A DNA stretch of 64,000 nucleotides, taken from Heteronotia binoei. Its lineage: Eukaryota. The stretch lies in the NCBI RefSeq assembly GCF_032191835.1, contig NC_083242.1, positions 496,001-560,000 of the forward strand, written 5' to 3'. The first letter of the stretch is position 1; each line of letters opens with the position of its first letter. The notes under the pieces were generated by a model that was not told where the DNA came from, made no database searches, and saw nothing but the letters and a program-made list of their open reading frames with translations. Positions 56,554-64,000 of the stretch are shown in pieces. A program made the position numbers and the translations under genes.

Positions 56554-59500
56554 TCTTAATTCACAAACCAGTGTGTGTAATACAGTTTGCTGAACACAGC
56601 CCAGCCGGGGTGCAGTTTCTGCAGGAGACCCCGCGGAGGAATTTTCTACCGATCTCGGAGAAGAGGCCGATCTTTTCATACTCTTCCCATGACTGGACTT
56701 CTTTTAGGGTTTCTTTTCGAGCTATCAGTGCTTGTGGCCGGGAGTCTGAGGAATAAGTTTGTTGCTCTCTCTCCTTCTTCCAACATTGCAAGGAATCTTT
56801 TAAAGCAGTATGCAGACGTGGGCGTTTCATAAGCCATATCTTCTGGCCCTCCAGTCTCCGGGAGGCTGCCTCCTCTGTTAACCCAAAGATGCTGGGCTCC
56901 TCCTTTGAAAAACCAACAGCAGCTCTCCCACAGGGAAGTTTTGAGCCTCTCGATTTTCAAGGAGAATAATGACACCACCAAGCGGGCTCTCGCTGACTGC
57001 CCTCTGCCCTCTTTTCTCTCCCCCCCCCCTTGCGCTTTGTGCTGTCATCTGTAGTGGGGGGCGTGCCTTATGAAGCTCTTTTTTTCCATCTCTTGTATGG
57101 TTGGGGGCCCTCTTGGAGCTGGAGACTTCTGCTTTCTGTGCCCAGCGTCCTCTGCATGTATCCCTGGCGCCTCTGCAGGGGGCGCGCCCCGGCAGCTCCA
57201 GCCTCACTCCTCCCTTTTGCTTCTTGGTCTGAACGGGGGGGAGCAAGGGCAGGTTTGAGGGAGAGAAGCGTGCCGGGGTCGGCTTGTCTTCCGCCGTTGC
57301 GTCGCGGGGACTTAACTCTGAGCAGCGTGGTGTTCCTGTCGCTTTGTGTGGGTGAGCAGCACTGTCGAGTATTTAGCAACCTTCCTGAGAGTGAAGCTGC
57401 AGTTAGCGTTGGAATAGAGTATTGGGTGCTTTGGACTTCTGCAGCAGCAGCAGCTCTGAGGAAGCTCAGTCTCTCCCAAGGGATGCTCCCACCCCGGTGG
57501 AGGGCCTCGCTGTGCTTTGAGTGGGTGCAGGGAGGAGAATTCTTTTTTCTCTCGGGGGCTCTTTCCGCCATGCTCACCCTGAGCAAACCTCGGTCCTCCG
57601 CCTGTGCAGAAGCGCTGGCTCAAGTTCCTTCCACGTGCAGATGTGTTCTGAGATAGAAGGAATGTCTAGTATTGGAGGGCTGGCTGCGTCTCCACTGGGC
57701 TTGCAGGAGTGGCTGAAAACGGTGGCAGGCTGAGCCAAGCCTTTGTGGCCCTGATGGAGATGCAGGCTGAGGATGCCGCCTCTACCGGGGGGGGGGGTGC
57801 GGGAGCTAGACTTTGACACCTTCCTTTCTGTTCCTTGTTGGGCTGTGCTTGACCATCTCTCCATATGACTGTCTTGTTGGTCATCTGTGCAAAGACTGAA
57901 CGGCCTCAAATCCTTGCAGTGCCGCTGACTTCTGTGCAGGCTGGTTTTTGCGCCGTTGTTTCTGCAGTGGTCTGGTTTGAGTAAGAGAAGTACGTAACTC
58001 AGACATTTGACCCGTAAGTGAGGCTGATGTTGACAGGCGGCTGGCATCTTTTCTGCTTTGACTGTTCTTCCACTCAGGCTCTTTTTGGGGAGAATGTTGC
58101 GTGTTCCACCTATCCGTTGTCACGATTTGCTTCACGGCACTGCGTTCCATTCAAGTGCTGTTTCTCTCAGGTGTTCTGATTCCCCAGCAGCTGCCGTTAA
58201 CAGGCTGTTCTTCCCAAGGAGGCCTCAGTCTGAATCTCCTCTGTGCCTAACAGATCAGGCCGCTGAGCTCTGGATTGAGAGTCCTGCTGGATGAAAGATC
58301 GCGGCTGCAGGAAGGGCATTCAAGCTGGGGCTGCGTCTGGAACAAGGGACTCTTGCTCTCTTTTAGGCCAACAGGGAGGAGGGGCTCTGCGGTCTGGAGA
58401 GGAAACTGCCCCTCCTCTTTCTATGGCGTCCTGAGGAGGAAGGGCAGGGGGAGCAGACCCCATCCCAACACCCACCTTGGGACTGGAGAGGGATGTGCAC
58501 CCCTCAGGCAGAATCTGTTCTCCCTTTTACCAGTGCCTGTGTGAACAGAAAACCGAATGCATCTGGGGGCTGCTAAAGTGGAGCGAGCGCTTTGTAGAGG
58601 CAGCCGGGAGGCCCTGTGCTCCAGTTTCAGAATCCTCCATTTCTTGACTGTTTCCGAAGCAGATCTGCCCAGAGACACCCTTTCCTCTTCAGGAAGCAGA
58701 GCCTTCCTCCCTTGGCTCCAGTGGCACAGAAGGAGCTCCTGCAAAGGACGCTTTGCCCTCCCTCTTCCCTCCTGCTCCCTGGTGAGTGTGTGCAAAAGCA
58801 GACAAGGAAGCCAGGGCCCTAAAACGGGGGAGAGGAGTTCTCTGAGCTTGCTGTGCTCCGTGAACAGTTCCAGCCAGGTGTTGCGGAGGCCGGAAGGCTT
58901 CCTGTTTGAGGCAGAGCTCACCCGTAGTGGTGTGTTGGCTTCGGGTCCCCTTGTGGCCTCTTTGTGCTTGGGGGCCCCAACGTCTAGGGCCAGGAGCATG
59001 ACTTCTGGGGCAAGCCTCACTTCTTCTACTACAGAACCAGCAGCCCTCATCGAGGCCCAGCTGTATTTCAGGAGTTCCACAGCGCCACCCCATAATTGAT
59101 GAGAGGCCTGAGATTTTCCAGCCTGCTAAACAGAAGGCTTGGTGGAAACAGCTCGGCTAGGAGGACAGGTAGAGCTTGAGGTGAATTAGCGTCCTTGTGA
59201 ACGAGCAAGGTGGAAGTACAAATGAGTGTATTCTCTGCTGCCTGGCACGCATTCATGTGGACGAGGGCCTTGTAGCGCAGGAGGCTGGAGGATCCTGAGC
59301 AGAAGCCGCTCCCAGCGTCTCTGTAAGCCAACGTGGAAGGAAGGGTGGGAAGTAGAGAAGATTCTTTCCTGGCAGCCGAGGAGAGACTTCAGAGTTGTCC
59401 CTGCCGAAGTTCCCAAGGGGCTTGGCTCAGAGGGACTGGAGCCCCAGTGCCCTTCTTCAGAATGGGCTCGTTGGGCTCGCTGCAGGTGTCCCAGAAGGCT

Positions 59501-61429
59501 GGTGACCCCCCCCCCCCGGCCTTTGGCTGGGAGACTCGGGGTCCCTCGGGGGCTGTTCCACTTGGTCTGTTGGGGAGCATCTCCTTGACCGGCAGGGCCT
59601 CTTGGTGGCTGATCTGTGGGGGTTCCTTTTAGGGGTGCTGTGCTGCATTCTGCCTCTGGGACTATAAACTCCACAGCAGATGGGCAGGAAGGAGCTCCCG
59701 CTCTGGAGCATGGAAGGAGCTCCCCTACATGCAGGACCCCATCTGTGCTCTGCAGCATCTCCGTCCTCTTTTTCTTCTTGCCCGATCTCAGTCTGCCCCG
59801 TCTTCTCCTCCCCTTGGGGCAGGACGCTGCAGCTCTGTAGCATTGCAGGTGCTCATAGCACTTGGCCTTCTGAATCCCACGGGCTGCCGGGGCTCCCAGC
59901 AGAACAGCCCCTTTGGGACTGCCTCAGAGGACACCATTTTGCCTCTTTCCCTTCCTCACTGAAACGGTCTCTAGCTCGCCTGCACCCCTTTAAAGAGCAC
60001 AGGTGCTTCCCACCCGCTACGCACAGGAAACACATATTGGGGGTGGTTTTAGGAGGCTGAGCCGATGGGAGATGTATGGCCAAGCAGCCCTCAGGACTCT
60101 GCCGCTACTGGCCAGACAGCAAGTGGTGTGCAGCTGCGTGTTTCGAACGCTGGACAGACCCTTGGAGGCTGCCAGCAGGGGTGTCCCTTGACTCCCAACT
60201 GCAGCTGTCAAGGCTCCTGTTTGCTGTTTTTAAAAGGGTTTGGAGGAAAGAAGTGCCCAGTTGCGCACTATCTTCCGTTGGGCCCCGTCGCTACGTTGAT
60301 TTCTAGCCACCTTCTGGCTGGCATGAGGGGAACTTCTCTGATGCTGGCAGGTAGGAACTCTGGGCGGCCATTTGCCCCATTCACATCCTCTTGTTCCTGC
60401 TGGCGAGCTGCCCTTTTCTTCCCAGAGGACCTGGGGTTGGTTTTTGCAATCTCTCCCTTCCTCAGAGGTGCCATATTTCACTTGTGTTTCCTGTTTCTCA
60501 GGCTTGGCGCTGAGAAGAGCCCTAACCCTGGGCACACCAGCTGGGGGGGAGGGGGGCGCTTGCAAGAACAACTAGCAAGGCTGCCCTCCCTTACTTCACC
60601 CCCCATGCTGGAGGCCCCGGGCTCTCTGCTTTCTCAAGAGACAGCCAAGCTTGGCCAGGCCTGGCTGGCCTCTCCTCCCCCTTCACCCGCTGCCAGGGAA
60701 GCGCTGCCGGGCCTGGCTGGTGCCTGTCACCATTGGGGGACTTGTGTTGCTGGGGCCTGGGCCGTCTGTTCCCTTCCAGCCAGGCCCAATCTTGTTCCCA
60801 AGCAACATGCCTGTGCCCGCCCTCAGGGCCCTGAGTGGCAGGAGGGGTGTGTGTGGAGGGGGTCTTTGCAACAGGTCCTGTATTCTATTTCCTTGTAGCG
60901 TCACAGTCCTGAAAACCTGTGGAAGCCCATTGTGGGGAGGGGGGGGGCGGAAGGGGAGGGAGAGGCCCATGGGACTTGCGTTGCTGAGAGATGTTTTTTA
61001 CTGTGTCCAGTTATTATCCTCCTTGTTCTGTTCTGTAAGATCAAATCAGTCTTATCAATTAAACTTTGATAATGAAGTGCTTTACCTGTTGCCTGGTGCA
61101 GTCTCCTTCGACTTCATTGGGGGGGGTCACTTGGGGGGGCACCCTGTGTCATCCCCTCCCCTCCCCCCCCCTGCCTCGGACTCTCAGACCGCAAAACATG
61201 AATGGATCCATGAAGCACGCCCCTGGGGGGAGGGGGGCTTGGAAATACTTTGGCCTTCTCCTGCCTCATGGCCTCTTCTGGCATTCACCATGGCCCAGGC
61301 TCACTGGGGGGGGGGGGTGCCCAGCTGGGCCTTGGAAGACGATTGTATGTGCAGCGTCTTCCAACTTTGGAGTGTCTCCCAGAAGCATAGGCCAACTGGG
61401 TGCCGCCTTCTCCTTGAAGCCCAGATGAA

Positions 61430-61925
61430 TGTGTGTGTGTGTGTGTGTGTGTGCGTGCATATATACTGGCCACTGTGTGACACAGAGTGTTGGACTGGAG
61501 GGGCCACTGGCCTGATCCAACATGGCTTCTCTTATGTTCTTATGTGTTGGACTGGATTGGCCACTGGCCTGATCCAACATGGCTTCTCTTATGTTCTTAT
61601 GTGACACAGAGTGTTGGACTGGAGGGGCCACTGGCCTGATCCAACAGGGCTTCTCTTATGTTCTTATGTGACACAGAGTGTTGGACTGGAGGGGCCACTG
61701 GCCTGATCCAACATGGCTTCTCTTGTGTTCTTATGTGACACAGAGTGTTGGACTGGAGGGGCCACTGGCCTGATCCAACATGGCTTCTCTTATGTTCTTA
61801 TGTGTTGGACTGGATGGGCCACTGGCCTGATCCAACATGGCTTCTCTTGTGTTCTTATGTGACACAGAGTGTTGGACTGGAGGGGCCATTGGCCTGATCC
61901 AACAGGGCTTCTCTTGTGTTCTTAT
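61430..61925 (+). repeat. CR1 3'-terminus tandem array: 7 units (67/57 bp, order L-S-L-L-L-S-L) preceded by (GT)n
   Basis: Units 61477-543, 544-600, 601-667, 668-734, 735-801, 802-858, 859-925; unit matches the CR1 end at 36020-36080. Confidence 0.92.
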
Positions 61926-62379
61926 GAATGCAGAGGCAGAGGGGCTGTATGTGAACCGTTAACTCTACCCCCCTGTCCGCCTGAAGCCCCTGTCCCAGGG
62001 TTGCCCCTTCTGAGGGGGGGGGGTCCCTGTGCTACCCAGCTGGTTGGCTCAGCCAGGGTCCAAAGGGAGGAGCGATGTGGGGGGCCGCCCGGGGGGGGGG
62101 GGGGGCTGAGGGCTCTTCTCTCTGCTGGGGAATTGCAGGGGAGGGTCTCAGATGGGCCTGCCTCAGACGCTGCAGCCAGGTGTGTGGGGGGGGGGGGGTG
62201 GCCCCACTTTGGGTGGCAGGCCTGGCCCCTAAACTGGTCGAGCTGGTTTCTGCCTCTGGGAGAGGCAGCAAGATCCGGGGCCAGAGGCAGCCAAGGTCCG
62301 GGAACGCCCTGCCTGGAGGGGGGGAGGGAGGCTGCCCTGAGGACTGCTCCTTGGGGCCCCTTCCCGTTTCCCCCCGACC

Positions 62380-62528
62380 TGAGCCCGGGGCCTCTGAGCG
62401 CGTGCAGAGGGCTTGGGAAGGAAGCAGCCGCTAGCCGACGGGGCCCTGGGGCGGGGCGGGGCGGGGGGTGGCCGGTCCCTCCCTCGGCGGCCGGGAGCGA
62501 AGGAGCGCGGACACCTGCTGCGCGGGGC
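62380..62528 (+). promoter_or_regulatory. ERN2 CpG promoter
   Basis: Tandem GC boxes (GGGGCGGGGCGGGGCGGGG ~62447-62467) in a CpG island upstream of the ATG. Confidence 0.6.
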
Positions 62529-64000
62529 ATGGAGGAAGGGGCGCGGCCGGGCCGGGCCACCCAGGGGCGGCTGCTCCGGACGGGGCGGCCGGGCGCGCTG
62601 CTGCTGCTGCTTCTGCTGCTAGCCCAGGTGAGTGAGGCGGGCGGCGGGCGGCGGGCAGGAAGCCGGACCCGGCGGGCAGGGACTCCTCTTCGGGCGCCCT
62701 GCTGCTCTCCGGCCATCCCGGAGCCGCCGCCCGCCCCAGACCCCCGGCGCCTGTCCTCCCTCCCGCCCTCTACTGCGCGCCCCCCAGCTGTGGCGACCCT
62801 CCCCCCGCTGGGGCCACGGCAGAAGGAGCCGCCCAGCCCTGCCCAGCCTCCCAGGCGGGGGCTGCCCTCTGTTTGCCAAGGAGGAGTGCCGCTGGGCACA
62901 CCCGGGGAGGGGGCAGGGCGGCAGGGGAGGGGGCGGCGCCCGGATGCGGCCTTGGAGGCCCCCTTCTGCCACTGGCCGCCCCCCCTCTCCCTGCCGGGGG
63001 CTTCCAAGGGGGCATGGTGCCAGGGGCCGCAGGAAGAGGCGGCAGGGGGAGGAGAGAGCCCTTGGATGGAGGAGAGGTCTCCCCCCGCCTGCGGGAGTCT
63101 TTGGCCTTGTGTGCCAAGGCGGGGGGGGGGGGCTCCCCTCTCGGGTCCTGCCAGCCCCCCCTCCCTGGTCTCACCGGGCCTCTCCCCCTCTCCTCCCCCC
63201 CCCCCGCCGCCGCCGCCAGGGTCTTTGTGGCCCTGCCCCGGAAGGGCTCGTCTTCGTCTCCACCCTGGACGGCAGCTTCCACGCCGTGAGTGAGAGCAGC
63301 GGGGACATCCAGTGGACCCTCCACGATGGTGAGCCCCACCCCTCTTCAGAAAGAGCGGCAGAGGACCCGCCCCCCCGGGCTTCCCGCCTCCCAGCCTGGG
63401 TCCCTGCAAGTCTGGCCTCGGCTTTGCGGGGCAGACCCTCCCTCACCTGACGCCCCCCCCTTCTCTTCTACAGCCCCGCCTCTGCAAGTGCCCCCGGAGG
63501 ACGCCGCCCAGTGAGTGTCTCCGCAGGGGGGGCGGGGTGTCCTGAGCCGGCCTGGCTGCCTTCCGGGGCCCTTCTGCGGGCACGGCCCTCCAAGATGCTG
63601 GAGGGATGGGAGGCGGAGGGGTTGAAGGTCCCCAAGCCCTGCGAAAGGCGCCTCGAGCCGAGCTAGGTGGGGGCCTGCCCTGAATGCAGCCTTCCTCTCC
63701 CAGGCCAGCCTTCCTCCCGGACCCCAGCGACGGCAGCCTCTACGTCCTGGGGGGCAAGAACAAAGAGGGCCTGATGGTGAGACCCCCCTCCCTGTGGGCC
63801 GGGAGCAGCGCTCCAAATCCTCCCCTCCCCTCCAGAAGGCGCCTCTTCTCCGGGGGACCCGCACTTGGAGGGGGGGCTTAAAGCTGAGACGTTTCCTTGC
63901 CCTGGGAGGGCCCCCCGCCCTCAGCCACCCAGGGGCCTTTCCCTCCTCCTCCTCTCGCTGCCGCAGAAACTGCCCTTCACCATCCCGGAGCTGGTGCACT
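62529..64000 (+). CDS. ERN2: Serine/threonine kinase/endoribonuclease IRE1-beta, 5' part (signal peptide + luminal domain; runs off window)
   Basis: join(62529..62627,63220..63328,63474..63510,63704..63776,63967..>64000). Poly-Leu signal peptide; FVSTLDGSFHAVS, AFLPDPSDGSLYVLG, GLMKLPFTIPELVH. GLM...ELVH and the gene neighbourhood favour ERN2 over ERN1. Confidence 0.88.

Noticed and set aside
58421-59331. Protein-looking minus-strand ORFs (219 aa and 87 aa) downstream of UBFD1
   Set aside because: No recognisable domain, no consistent splice structure, non-ATG starts; likely UBFD1 3' UTR. A BLASTX hit or codon-conservation signal would revive it.
61544-61600. ATTGGCCACT in the CR1 array as an ER-stress element for ERN2
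   Set aside because: Does not match ERSE-II (ATTGG-N-CCACG) in spacing or last base.
61869-63409. 474-495 aa ORFs on both strands at the ERN2 5' end
   Set aside because: CpG-island open frames; only the short spliced ERN2 exons match a known protein.

Overview
Vertebrate, GC-rich, intron-containing genomic DNA. The repeat content (tRNA/CORE-type SINEs, CR1, L2, L1, hAT MITEs, a Penelope-like remnant) points to a squamate reptile, most likely a gecko; this is inference. Six genes were reconstructed by hand with splice sites and phases checked against recalled human orthologues: the 3' part of SCNN1B (beta-ENaC, +), complete COG7 (-, with a 1-nt frameshift in exon 7), GGA2 (-), EARS2 (-) and UBFD1 (+; head-to-head with EARS2), and the 5' part of ERN2/IRE1beta (+). 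The most striking non-genic pattern is that retroposons here repeatedly become tandem arrays of their own functional parts: a 79-bp B-box unit of a SINE (3, 8, 5 and 13 copies at four loci with the same junction), a ~103-bp SINE 3' tail (x4), a ~165-bp tRNA-Ala-like SINE unit with a 330-bp higher-order period (x8), and the CR1 3' hairpin/tail (x7, and x2 at two more loci). Oppositely oriented SINE arrays bracket in-frame COG7 exons 3-6. A young L2 sits 16 nt from the last EARS2 acceptor and shares a UUCG hairpin with the SINE tail. Protein-level oddities: a GGA1/3-like DEELV motif in GGA2, and a Ser in beta-ENaC at the position homologous to the gamma-ENaC N530S Liddle mutation. No database searches were run; family names and orthologue comparisons are from recall.
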